Shown: positions 15,216 to 23,768, counted from the stretch's first letter. The stretch: 29,461 nt of DNA from Candidatus Bipolaricaulota bacterium (GCA_027021605.1 JALUUA010000251.1:1-29461), one strand, 5' to 3'. Notes: generated by a model not told the origin, from the letters alone. Translations and numbers: made by a program.

Positions 15216-16592
15216 TTAGCGGAGCCACGGCGGCAGGACGAACGACGCGGTGGCCAGGTGCGGCGGGAAGATCACTTCCTGCTGGCCGCCCTGCCACTGG
15301 ATCCAGATCCCCTCGGCCAGGCCGGGGCCGTAGCGGACGTCGTGGGGGAAGTCCTGGTCGGGGCGCAGCAGCGTGACGCCCGTCTCGCCCCGCTCGTAGA
15401 AGCCGAGGTTCCCCGAGGTGCCCACGAAGAGGTTCGTCGGGTTGCCCTCCGCGTCCCGCTTGCCGAACTCCTCCAGGGCCTGGATGACGGCGGTGGTGCT
15501 CGCCTCGTCCTTGGGGAGCACCCCGGCGCTCTCGATGGCTGCCTTCAGCAGGTAGAGCGCGTCGTAGCTGGCGAAGGCGTTGTAGCTGGGGATGGTCACC
15601 TCGGGCTTGAAGTCCGTAAACGCGGCGAAGGCGTCCACGAAGGGGATCGTCTTCTCCGTGATGGGGGCGCGGGCACCCGAGGTGAAGGTGACCACGGACT
15701 CCGCCGCGCCCTGGGTGAGCTGATCGAAGCGGCCGTCCTGGGCCTGGACGTTGATCCCCACCATCGGGAGCGGGACCTGCTGGGCCGCCCACTGGGCCGT
15801 GGGGCGGGTCCCGGTGTGGGCCATGATCGTGTAGATCCCGCCGGTGCGCCCCTCCATGGCGCTTACGGCCCGGTTGAAGAGCGCGGTGAAGTCCGTGGTG
15901 TCCTCGGCGTAGCGGATCGCGTCGGCCACCTGGAGCTTCGAGCCGACGGCCTGCAGCAGCACGGGGAACCCGTCGGTGATGGGCTTCGTCCAAACGGCGT
16001 CCTCGGCGAGGAGGACGATGCTGTCCCAACCCAAGCCGCGCTCCAGGAAGCCGACGGCGAAGGTGAGCGCCGCCTCCAGGATGAGGAAGGAGTTGATCGG
16101 ACCGACGCGGAAGAAGAACTTGTAGTTGTCGTAGTCGGAGGCGACTTGGATGGTGGCCGCCGGGGTCGAGGCCCCCGTCCCCAGGAAGAGCTTGCGCAGC
16201 ACGGGGATGGCGGGCAGGGACCCGACCAGCTCCTCACTGAAGAAGAAGCCGGTCAGCACGTCGGCCCCCCGGCCCACGAGGTCCTGGAGGGCGATGGGGG
16301 CCTGGTCGGCGCGCCCGGCGCTGTCGGAGGTGATCAGCTCCAGCTGGACGCTCGTGTCGCCCACCCGGATGCCGCCGGCGGCGTTGATCTCCTGAATCCC
16401 GAGGCGCAGGGCCTTCTCGGCCGCCTCGCCGAAGAAGGTGGCCAGGGGGTTGGCCATCCCGATGACGAGCGTCTCCTGTCCCCGCACCAGCGGGCCGTGG
16501 GCCCACGGCCCCAGGGAGAGCAGGGCCGCTCCGGCCCCCAACTGCTTCAGGAACGTCCGACGACTCTGCTTCGGAAGACCAGTTTTTTGCAT
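15216..16592 (-). CDS. ABC substrate-binding protein, Liv/PBP type-1 family, with Tat signal
   Basis: SRRTFLK twin-arginine motif, ..EINAAGGI.., FFRVGP and DFTALFN motifs; heads the liv cluster and has a strong SD. Confidence 0.9.
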   Translation of the reverse strand: MQKTGLPKQSRRTFLKQLGAGAALLSLGPWAHGPLVRGQETLVIGMANPLATFFGEAAEKALRLGIQEINAAGGIRVGDTSVQLELITSDSAGRADQAPIALQDLVGRGADVLTGFFFSEELVGSLPAIPVLRKLFLGTGASTPAATIQVASDYDNYKFFFRVGPINSFLILEAALTFAVGFLERGLGWDSIVLLAEDAVWTKPITDGFPVLLQAVGSKLQVADAIRYAEDTTDFTALFNRAVSAMEGRTGGIYTIMAHTGTRPTAQWAAQQVPLPMVGINVQAQDGRFDQLTQGAAESVVTFTSGARAPITEKTIPFVDAFAAFTDFKPEVTIPSYNAFASYDALYLLKAAIESAGVLPKDEASTTAVIQALEEFGKRDAEGNPTNLFVGTSGNLGFYERGETGVTLLRPDQDFPHDVRYGPGLAEGIWIQWQGGQQEVIFPPHLATASFVLPPWLR

Positions 16593-16713
16593 CGCTTTTC
16601 CTCCTTCGCGTTGGTGGTTCGCTTCCGTCGTTTGTCTGTGTTTACTCTAATGCCCTTTTCCTCCCGTCTGACAGCGGGAGGATCTGTCCCGCTGCCCCAC
16701 CGGGCGGTGGGAT

Positions 16714-16756
16714 TGGGCTCGGCTCGGCTCAGTTCAGTTCAGCTCCGCTCGGCTCA
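16714..16756 (-). repeat. Degenerate pentamer tandem array (GAR-NN) x8
   Basis: Minus strand reads GAG CC GAG CG GAG CT GAA CT GAA CT GAG CC GAG CC GAG CC, starting within the upstream stop codon. Confidence 0.8.
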
Positions 16757-17839
16757 GGAGCAGGGCTTGGCCCGGACCCCCAGCAGCCGGACGGTCTTCT
16801 CCGCCACGGGGTCCACCAGGAGGTCGCAGCCGTTGCTCACGAACGTCAGGAACGCCAGATCGGCCGTGGCCGAGTCCTGCTCCTTGCTGAGGTCCCCCAC
16901 CAGCACGCCGATGGGGTTGGCCGCCACGGTGGTCCCGGTCACGAAGGCGGTCGCGGTCCCGGCCACCTCGGCGAGGGTCTGGCATCCGACGATGAAGGCG
17001 GACGGCCCCCCGATGTGGATGCCCGCCTTGGCGTTGCGCTCGACCCGGCCGTCGACGATCTCCGCCGAGGCGTTGTCGGCCACGCTGATCCCAAAGCAGC
17101 CGCTCTCCTGGACGACGACGTCCTCGATGTAGGCGCTGGCGTTGCCGCCCACCAGGATGCCGTTGATCCCGCTTTGGGCGATGAACGTCTGCGCGCCGAT
17201 CCGGGCGCTCGCCTCGTCCATGATCGAGATGCCGTTTGCGCCGCTCTGGCGGATCACGGTCTTGCCGCTCAGGGTGATACTCGAGCGGCCGCGCAGCGCG
17301 ATCCCGCCGCCGATGGGGTTCCCCAGCACCTCGAGCCCGTTCTGCTGGATGGTGACGTCCTCGAGGACAGCCTGGGCGTAGTTAAAGAGGGCGATCCCGT
17401 TCTGGGCGTTCCCCGCGATCACCACGTCCTTGAGGACGATCAAGGGCGAGAGCTGCTCGGGGAGCCCCGGGGGCGATTGGCCCTGCACGCCGTTTAAGCC
17501 CGCGGTGATCGTCATCCCGCGCAGCTCCACGCGGAACGGCCCGGCCACGATCACGCCCTTGGCCACCGAGACCTGATGGGGGCCGCTGCCGATGAGCGTG
17601 AGGCTGTTGCCGATGATGACCGGCCCGACGTACTCCCCGGCCTGGATGAAGATCGTGCTGCCGGGCGAGGCGGCGGCGACCGCCTCCTGGATGGAGGTGA
17701 ACCCGCACAGCGGCGGCCCCTCGGGGCAGACGGTGAGCAGCTCGCCCGCCTGCGCTCCCAAGGCCCCGCCGCCGAGCGCCAACAGAAGCCCTACCAGAAG
17801 CCAGCGACCGGCCCCTCGCTTCGCGTACAGTGCTCGCAT
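16754..17839 (-). CDS. Secreted right-handed parallel beta-helix (pectin-lyase-like/NosD-like) protein
   Basis: Signal peptide (ALGAQA), FTSIQEAV.AA..G.TIFI.AGEY, repeated N..GI.(L/I) coils and strong SD (GAGGAGG) before ATG 17839. Confidence 0.85.
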   Translation of the reverse strand: MRALYAKRGAGRWLLVGLLLALGGGALGAQAGELLTVCPEGPPLCGFTSIQEAVAAASPGSTIFIQAGEYVGPVIIGNSLTLIGSGPHQVSVAKGVIVAGPFRVELRGMTITAGLNGVQGQSPPGLPEQLSPLIVLKDVVIAGNAQNGIALFNYAQAVLEDVTIQQNGLEVLGNPIGGGIALRGRSSITLSGKTVIRQSGANGISIMDEASARIGAQTFIAQSGINGILVGGNASAYIEDVVVQESGCFGISVADNASAEIVDGRVERNAKAGIHIGGPSAFIVGCQTLAEVAGTATAFVTGTTVAANPIGVLVGDLSKEQDSATADLAFLTFVSNGCDLLVDPVAEKTVRLLGVRAKPCS

Positions 17840-18000
17840 ACCGAACCTCCTCTTTTGGGTTTTGCGGAAAGGTACTCCTCGGCGAAAGAAGCGGTCTCGT
17901 CCCGTCCCGTCTGGGCGAAGACCGCCCGTGGTTCTGTGCTCCTCCTCTCCCACCTCCTTCTCCACACGGTGTGGTTTTAGAAGAGCGCCTCTTCCCTTTT

Positions 18001-18030
18001 TTGCCCAAGGGGGCTTCGTTTGTCTATACT
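18001..18030 (+). promoter_or_regulatory. Putative promoter of the iorA-like operon (TTGCCC-N18-TATACT)
   Basis: -35 at 18001-18006 and -10 at 18025-18030. Confidence 0.55.
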
Positions 18031-18055
18031 GACACGAAATCGGCTCGGCTGTCAA
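18026..18055 (-). promoter_or_regulatory. Putative promoter of the beta-helix gene (TTGACA-N18-CAGTAT, extended TG)
   Basis: Perfect -35 at 18050-18055; -10 at 18026-18031 overlaps the opposite-strand -10. Confidence 0.4.
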
Positions 18056-18142
18056 GTCCGCTCCCGAGATCGGGTACGCCCCGGTCGTGCGTCCCGAAAG
18101 AAAAAACCGAGGCAGAACAACCAGGAGGAGGCGGGAGAGAGA

Positions 18143-19669
18143 ATGAGCAAACCCCAATCGGGCGAGAGCGCCCTCGTCGAGGCCCTCAAGCGGGGGGACG
18201 TCGCGCTGGTGACGGGCGTCTACGGCGACCCCTGTACGTCCCTTTTGGATCGCATGCGGGCCGAGGGGCTTCGGGTCGAGATCAGCGTGGAGGAGAAGAC
18301 GGCCCTCTCCCAAGCCCTGGGGGCCTCCGCGGTGGGCAAGCGGGCCGTGATGGCCGCCAAGCAGGTCGGGATCAACGTGGCCGCCGACCCCCTGGTGACG
18401 GCGGCCACCCACGGGATCGGCGCGGGAGTGCTGGTGATCTGCGGGGACGACCCCGGCGCGGCCAAATCGCAAAACGAGGAGGACTCCCGCTGGTACGCCA
18501 AGCTCACGGAGCTGCCGCTGATCGTGCCCCACGACCCCCAAACGCTGGCCGCCGGGGCCGTCGAGGGGCTCCAACTCTCGGAGGAGCTGGGGGTCCCCGT
18601 GCTGATGCAGATCACCGGGCGGCTCACCCGGATGACGGGGCCCGTCGAGCTTCCGGAGCCCTTGGGCCCGGCTCCCGCGTTCCGGAGGGAGCGGGCCTGG
18701 AGCCGCTTCATCCTCGAGCGCCACAAGTACCACCTCCAAGAGGTCTGGCCCAAACTCCAAGCCCACGTGGAAGGCTCGAAGCTCCACCGCGCGCAAAAGC
18801 GCGAGAACGCGCGGGAGGGCGTGATCTCCTGCGGGTACGCCTCCTCGCTGGTGGAGCACGAGAACCACCTCGTGCTGGGCTACGCGCACCCCCTTCCCGA
18901 GAGGCTCCTTGTGGGGTTTCTAGAGGGCCTGGAGCGCGTGCTGATCGTCGAGGAGATCGCGCCGTTCGTGGAGGAGGGCGTCCGGGCCCTCGTGGGAGTG
19001 CATCGTTTGGGGGTCGAGGTCCTCGGGCGGCTTACGGGCCACCTCCCGCGGGTGGGGCAGCTCGAACGCGAGCACGTCGCCGCGGCCCTCGCGCGGGAGC
19101 CCCAGGGCTGGAACTTCGATATAAAGATGCAGCTGAGCGACACGCTGCAGACCGTTCCCTGCGGCGGGTTCGAGCCCCTGTATCAAGCCCTGGCGGAGGT
19201 GCTTCCTGAGGGCCATCCCGTCGCCGGGGACGTGGGCTGCTCCATCCTGCACGGCTACTTCCCGCCCCAGGTCGTCACCACGGCGTACGCGCTGGGAACG
19301 TCGATCGGGACGGCAGCGGGGATGAGCCTCTCCGGGGGGAAGGGCGTCGCCCTGATCGGGGACACGGGCTTTCTGCACTCGGGGATCACCGGGCTGCTCA
19401 ACGCCGTCGAGTTCGGGCACAACGTGCTCGTGATCGTGCTCTACAACCGCATCTCGGCCATGACCCCCGGGGAGCAGGACATCCGGGGCATCGAGAAGCT
19501 CAAAGCGCTGATCGAAGCCTGCGGCCCCACGGCTATAGACGAGGTCGACGTCGACCGCGCCTCCCCGGAGGAGCTAAAGGGGCTCTTGGAGAAGCGCCTG
19601 GAGGAGCAGGGCGTCCACGTGGTGATCGCCAAGGCCCAGCCCCGGCCCTTCGGGATGGGCATTGGGTAA
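18143..19669 (+). CDS. IorA-like ThDP-dependent enzyme (indolepyruvate:ferredoxin oxidoreductase alpha homolog) lacking the ferredoxin domain
   Basis: EEKTAL..A.GAS..GKRA, KQVG.NVAADPL, GDDPG..KSQNEEDSR, GDVGC and ThDP motif GDTGFLHSG...LYN; ends without any CxxCxxCxxxC. Confidence 0.85.
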   Translation: MSKPQSGESALVEALKRGDVALVTGVYGDPCTSLLDRMRAEGLRVEISVEEKTALSQALGASAVGKRAVMAAKQVGINVAADPLVTAATHGIGAGVLVICGDDPGAAKSQNEEDSRWYAKLTELPLIVPHDPQTLAAGAVEGLQLSEELGVPVLMQITGRLTRMTGPVELPEPLGPAPAFRRERAWSRFILERHKYHLQEVWPKLQAHVEGSKLHRAQKRENAREGVISCGYASSLVEHENHLVLGYAHPLPERLLVGFLEGLERVLIVEEIAPFVEEGVRALVGVHRLGVEVLGRLTGHLPRVGQLEREHVAAALAREPQGWNFDIKMQLSDTLQTVPCGGFEPLYQALAEVLPEGHPVAGDVGCSILHGYFPPQVVTTAYALGTSIGTAAGMSLSGGKGVALIGDTGFLHSGITGLLNAVEFGHNVLVIVLYNRISAMTPGEQDIRGIEKLKALIEACGPTAIDEVDVDRASPEELKGLLEKRLEEQGVHVVIAKAQPRPFGMGIG

Positions 19670-19714
19670 GCGCGAAGGAAGCACAGCGGGGTAAGCGCAC
19701 GGGTTGGGCCCGCG

Positions 19715-20266
19715 ATGACGCGCACGGAGCGTTTTGTGCAGGAGCTGGCTCGGGTGGGGGGCACGGCCGCCGTGCTCGCGCCCCCGGAGGTGCCCGCCCA
19801 CGTCGCGGGTCTGCTCCGGGAGCGGGGAGCCCGTGGGGTTCTCCTGGCGCCCGACCCCCTGCCGGGCGAGCCCGCCTGGGAGCCGGCCCTGCGGGAAGCC
19901 CTGGAGGGGGAGGGTGTCACCGTCGTCCGCGGCGCGGAGGACCCCGCCGGCCTGCGGGAGGTCCCCGCGGGGATCACGGGGGCCCTTGCGGGCGTGGCCG
20001 AGTCGGGCACGCTGCTGCTCGGCGGGAAGCCCCGAGGCCCCTGGCAGTGGGCGAGCCTCCTGCCACCCCTGCACGTGGCCCTCGTCCGCGAGGAGCGGAT
20101 CTGCGCTTCCCTGGACGAGGCTTTTTGTGTGCTCCGCGAGTCCCTTCAGGAGGGCGTGGAGGAGTTCGTCTGGATCACGGGGCCGAGCCGCACCGCCGAC
20201 ATCGCGATCACGCTGCTGTTGGGGATGCACGGCCCCAAGGAGCTGCACGTCGTGGTGGTGAGCTAG
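19715..20266 (+). CDS. lutC: LUD-domain protein, LutC/YkgG-like
   Basis: GVAESGTL, SLLPPLHVA and ITGPSRTADI...GMHGP motifs. Confidence 0.88.
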   Translation: MTRTERFVQELARVGGTAAVLAPPEVPAHVAGLLRERGARGVLLAPDPLPGEPAWEPALREALEGEGVTVVRGAEDPAGLREVPAGITGALAGVAESGTLLLGGKPRGPWQWASLLPPLHVALVREERICASLDEAFCVLRESLQEGVEEFVWITGPSRTADIAITLLLGMHGPKELHVVVVS

Positions 20267-20267
20267 C

Positions 20268-22388
20268 GTGCCCCGGGATCTGGCCCGAGAGATCGAGGAT
20301 GCCCTTCAGAACGGGAACCTCCAGCAGGCCCTTGCGGGCTTTACGGGGGCCGTGGGCTTCCTGCGCGCCCAGGCGATCGCGGACCTCCCCGATTACGAGG
20401 GGCTGCGCGGGCGGGCCCGCCGGATCAAGGCCGAGGCGATCGAGAACCTCGACGCCCTTCTCGAGCAACTGAAGGAGAGCGTCGAGGCCCGCGGCGGCCG
20501 CGTGGTGTTCGCCCGCGACGGGGAGGAGGCCCTCCGCTACGTTCGGGACCTCATCCGCGCCCACGGCGTCCGACGGATCGTGAAGTCGAAATCGATGACC
20601 GCGGAGGAGATCGGGCTTGCGGAGCGCTTGGAGGCCCTGGGGGTGAGCGTCCTCGAGACGGACTTGGGGGAGCGGATTGTGCAGCTGGCCCGCGAGCGGC
20701 CCTCGCACCTCATCGGCCCGGCGCTCCACAAGACCCTCGACGAGGTGCGCGGGGTCTTTCGGGAGTGGCTCGGGCTCGAGGACCCTCCCCGGGAGCCCGC
20801 GGAGCTGGCCCGCCTGGCCCGCCAAGCCCTGCGCGATGCGTTCTTCGAGGCCGAGATGGGGATCACGGGCGCGAACTTCGCCGTGGCCGAGACGGGCCAT
20901 TTGATGCTCGTGGAGAACGAGGGGAACATCCGCCTGACGGCCCGCCTTCCGAAGGTGCACGTCGCCCTCATGGGCGTCGAGAAGGTCCTCCCCGCGCTCG
21001 AAGATCTTACGGTGTTCTTGAAGCTCCTCCCCCGCAGCGGGACGGGGCAGAAGCTTACGAGCTACGTATCGCTCTTTGCCCCCCGGCCCGGCCTGCACCT
21101 CATCGTTCTGGACAACGGCCGCTCGCGGCTGCGGGCGGACCCCGAGCTGCGCGAGGCCCTCTACTGCATCCGCTGTGGGGCCTGTTTAGATAGCTGTCCC
21201 TCCTACCAGGCCGTGGGCGGACACGTCTTCGGGGGCCGCGTCTACATGGGCGGAATCGGGACTGCCTGGACCGCCGGGGTGGACGGCCTAGAAGAGGCCG
21301 CCGAGTTCCACGGGCTGTGCACGAGCTGTGGGCGCTGCACGGAGGTCTGCCCCGTCAAGATCGACATCCCCTGGCTCAATACCGCCATCCGGAGTCGGGC
21401 CCGGCAGCTCGAGAGCCCCCGGCACCGCCGGGCCGCGAGGGTGTTGGGGGAGATCGACCGCTGGGCCCGGTGGGGGAGCCTCCTCGCCCCGCTCGGCAAC
21501 CGCGCGCTGCACTCGGGGCCGGGAAGGCGGCTTGTGGCCCGCGCGCTGGGCCTCGACCCCGAACGGACCCTCCCCAAGTTCGCGCGGCCTACGTTTCGGG
21601 CCCAAGCCCGGACACGCCCCCGATCCCAGCGGCAGCGCTTGGGGGCGGTCGACGGCGTAAAGCTCTTCGTGGACTGCTTTACGAACCACTTCGAGCCGGG
21701 GGTCGGGCTCGCCGCGCTGCGGGTCCTGGAGCGCCTCGGGGTCCGGGTGGAGCTTGCTCGTAACGTCTGCTGCGGGCGCGCGGCCCTCTCCCAGGGGCTC
21801 CTCGAGCGGGCGCGGGCCCTTGCCAACGAGAACGCCCGCCGCCTGCTCCCCGAGCTTCGGGAGGGGGAAACGATCGTAGGGATCGAGCCCAGCTGTGTTG
21901 CGGCCCTGCGGTCGGAGTACCGTCACCTGCTGCCCCCCAAGGAGGCGGAAGGGCTGCGGGAGCGCGTCCGGGACGTGATGGAGTTCCTCGCCGAGCCCGA
22001 GATCTCCCGGAGGCTCTCGGAGCTCCTTCCGTCGGAGGAGCCCAAGAAGGTCGTCTACCACGGCCACTGCCAGCAGAAGGCCCTCGGCTCCCACGGGGCG
22101 ATCGTCGCGCTCCTGCGGGACCTGCCGGGCCTGGAGGTGCAGACGGTGGAAGTAGCCTGCTGCGGGATGGCGGGGTCGTTCGGCTACAAGCGCGAATTCG
22201 CCGCGCTCTCGCGCCACCTGGGGCGCCGGCTGGTTGGGCTCGTGGAAGCCCAAGGGCAAGGGGGGGAGCCGGTGGCGTGCGGCTTCTCGTGCCGATCGCA
22301 GCTTCGGGATCTGGGGGGCCTGCGGGCGCGGCACCCGGTACAAATCCTCGACGAACTCTTAGCCCAATCGCAGGAGGGATCGCTATGA
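20268..22388 (+). CDS. lutB: LutB(LUD + 2x[4Fe-4S])-LutA(CCG) fusion Fe-S oxidoreductase
   Basis: KSKSM..EEI, ETDLGE, GANFAVAETG, ENEGN, CIRCGACLDSCP, CTSCGRCTEVCPVKI, then CCG domains (CCGRAA, EPSC, HGHC, CCGMAGSFG, CGFSC). Confidence 0.9.
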   Translation: MPRDLAREIEDALQNGNLQQALAGFTGAVGFLRAQAIADLPDYEGLRGRARRIKAEAIENLDALLEQLKESVEARGGRVVFARDGEEALRYVRDLIRAHGVRRIVKSKSMTAEEIGLAERLEALGVSVLETDLGERIVQLARERPSHLIGPALHKTLDEVRGVFREWLGLEDPPREPAELARLARQALRDAFFEAEMGITGANFAVAETGHLMLVENEGNIRLTARLPKVHVALMGVEKVLPALEDLTVFLKLLPRSGTGQKLTSYVSLFAPRPGLHLIVLDNGRSRLRADPELREALYCIRCGACLDSCPSYQAVGGHVFGGRVYMGGIGTAWTAGVDGLEEAAEFHGLCTSCGRCTEVCPVKIDIPWLNTAIRSRARQLESPRHRRAARVLGEIDRWARWGSLLAPLGNRALHSGPGRRLVARALGLDPERTLPKFARPTFRAQARTRPRSQRQRLGAVDGVKLFVDCFTNHFEPGVGLAALRVLERLGVRVELARNVCCGRAALSQGLLERARALANENARRLLPELREGETIVGIEPSCVAALRSEYRHLLPPKEAEGLRERVRDVMEFLAEPEISRRLSELLPSEEPKKVVYHGHCQQKALGSHGAIVALLRDLPGLEVQTVEVACCGMAGSFGYKREFAALSRHLGRRLVGLVEAQGQGGEPVACGFSCRSQLRDLGGLRARHPVQILDELLAQSQEGSL

Positions 22389-23146
22389 GCGTGAAGGCAT
22401 TTGACTGCACGGGCAAGGTCGCCCTGGTGACGGGCGGAGGGCGGGGGATCGGGCGGGCGATCGCCCTGGCGCTCGCAGACGCGGGCGCGGACGTGGTGCC
22501 CACGAGCCGCACACAGACGCAAATCGAGGCGGTGGCGGGCGAGATCGAAGCCCGGGGCCGGCGGACGCTCGTACAGCCCTGCGACGTGGCCGATCCCTCC
22601 CAGATCGAGGCGCTCGTGCGCAGGGTGGTGGACGAGCTGGGCCGGGTGGACGTGCTGGTGAACGCCGCGGCGATCAGCCCCCTGTGGAAGCGCATGGAGG
22701 AGGTCACCGAGGACGAGTGGGATCGCATCATGGGCGTGAACCTCCGGGGGGCCTTTCTCCTCAGCCGCGAGGTGGGAAGGCACATGCTGGAGCGGGGGGG
22801 CGGCTCCATCGTGCACATCGCGTCCATCGCGGGGCTCAAGGGGGTCACGCACTTCGGGGTCTACGCCGTGAGCAAGGCCGGGCTGATCGGGCTGGTTCGG
22901 GTGCTGGCGCGGGAGTGGGCCCCCCAAGTGCGGGTGAACGCGATCGCGCCGGGGTGGGTGCGCACCGACATGGCCCGCCCTGTGCTGGGGCACCCGGAGA
23001 TCTCGAAGGGGCTCCTCCGCGAGATCCCCCTGGGACGATTTGCCGAGCCCGAGGAGATCGCGCCTTTAGCCGTGTACCTGGCCTCGGACGCCTCGAAGTT
23101 CGCCACCGGGCAGGTGTTCGTGGTGGACGGGGGACAGCTGCTGTAG
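22385..23146 (+). CDS. Classical short-chain dehydrogenase/reductase (likely NADP-preferring)
   Basis: TGGGRGIG, TSRT after beta2, VNAA, IAS, YAVSK and RVNAIAPG motifs; ATGA overlap with the upstream stop. Confidence 0.92.
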   Translation: MSVKAFDCTGKVALVTGGGRGIGRAIALALADAGADVVPTSRTQTQIEAVAGEIEARGRRTLVQPCDVADPSQIEALVRRVVDELGRVDVLVNAAAISPLWKRMEEVTEDEWDRIMGVNLRGAFLLSREVGRHMLERGGGSIVHIASIAGLKGVTHFGVYAVSKAGLIGLVRVLAREWAPQVRVNAIAPGWVRTDMARPVLGHPEISKGLLREIPLGRFAEPEEIAPLAVYLASDASKFATGQVFVVDGGQLL

Positions 23147-23153
23147 CTTGTGG

Positions 23154-23711
23154 TTACACCTCGAGCACCTGCTGCTCCTTCTCCTTCATGAGTTCGTCGA
23201 TCTTCTCGGTGAACTCGTGGGTGATCTGATCCATCTCCTTGATGGCCCGGTGGAAGTCGTCCTCGCTCAGCTCCCCCTCCTTCTTCTGGCGCTCCAGCTC
23301 CTCCTTCATGTGGCGGCGGATGTTGCGGATCGCGATCCGGGCCTCTTCGGCCTTCTGGTGGACGACCTTCACCAGCTCCTTGCGCCGCTCCTCCGAGAGC
23401 TTGGGCACCGCGATCCGCACCACCTCCCCGTCCGAGGAGGGGTTGAACCCCAAGTTGGCCTCCAAGATCGCCTTCTCGATCGCGGCGATTTGGGACTTGT
23501 CGTAGGGCCGGATCACGATGAGGCTGGGCTCCGGGGCCGTGATCGTGGCCAGATGTTTCAGGGGCGTCTTGGTGCCGTAGTAGTCGACCATCACTTCCTC
23601 GACCATGGCGGGGTTGGCCCGCCCCGTGCGCACGTGTCGCAGCTCGTCCTCGAAGACGCGGAGCGACTTCTGCATGTGCTGGCGCATCTCCTCCAGGCTC
23701 CTGTCCGGCAT
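23154..23711 (-). CDS. frr: Ribosome recycling factor
   Basis: VRTGRANP...V.VDYYG..TPL, NP.SDG..VRI..P.L.EERRKELVK and ARIAIRNIRR motifs; 185 aa from ATG 23711. Confidence 0.97.
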   Translation of the reverse strand: MPDRSLEEMRQHMQKSLRVFEDELRHVRTGRANPAMVEEVMVDYYGTKTPLKHLATITAPEPSLIVIRPYDKSQIAAIEKAILEANLGFNPSSDGEVVRIAVPKLSEERRKELVKVVHQKAEEARIAIRNIRRHMKEELERQKKEGELSEDDFHRAIKEMDQITHEFTEKIDELMKEKEQQVLEV

Positions 23712-23738
23712 GCCGTTCACCCCCCTTTGAGTACGGGA

Positions 23739-23768
23739 ATTATAGTTCCTACCCGGCCTCGGGGCCAA
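23739..23768 (-). promoter_or_regulatory. Putative frr promoter (TTGGCC-N18-TATAAT)
   Basis: -35 at 23763-23768 and perfect -10 at 23739-23744. Confidence 0.6.

Noticed and set aside
17840-18020. c-di-GMP-I riboswitch suggested by GGGCAAA in the leftward leader
   Set aside because: No GNRA tetraloop/receptor pair or GCAAAGC junction.
18037-18142. TPP riboswitch upstream of the ThDP enzyme (CCGAGA resembles CUGAGA)
   Set aside because: The required ACCUGAU and UAAUGCC...AGGGA elements are missing.
17840-18889. N-terminal extension of the 16754-18889 ORF
   Set aside because: It is antisense to the iorA-like gene and crosses the promoter region. A strong SD and signal peptide support ATG 17839, though an upstream in-frame GTG near 17950 cannot be excluded.
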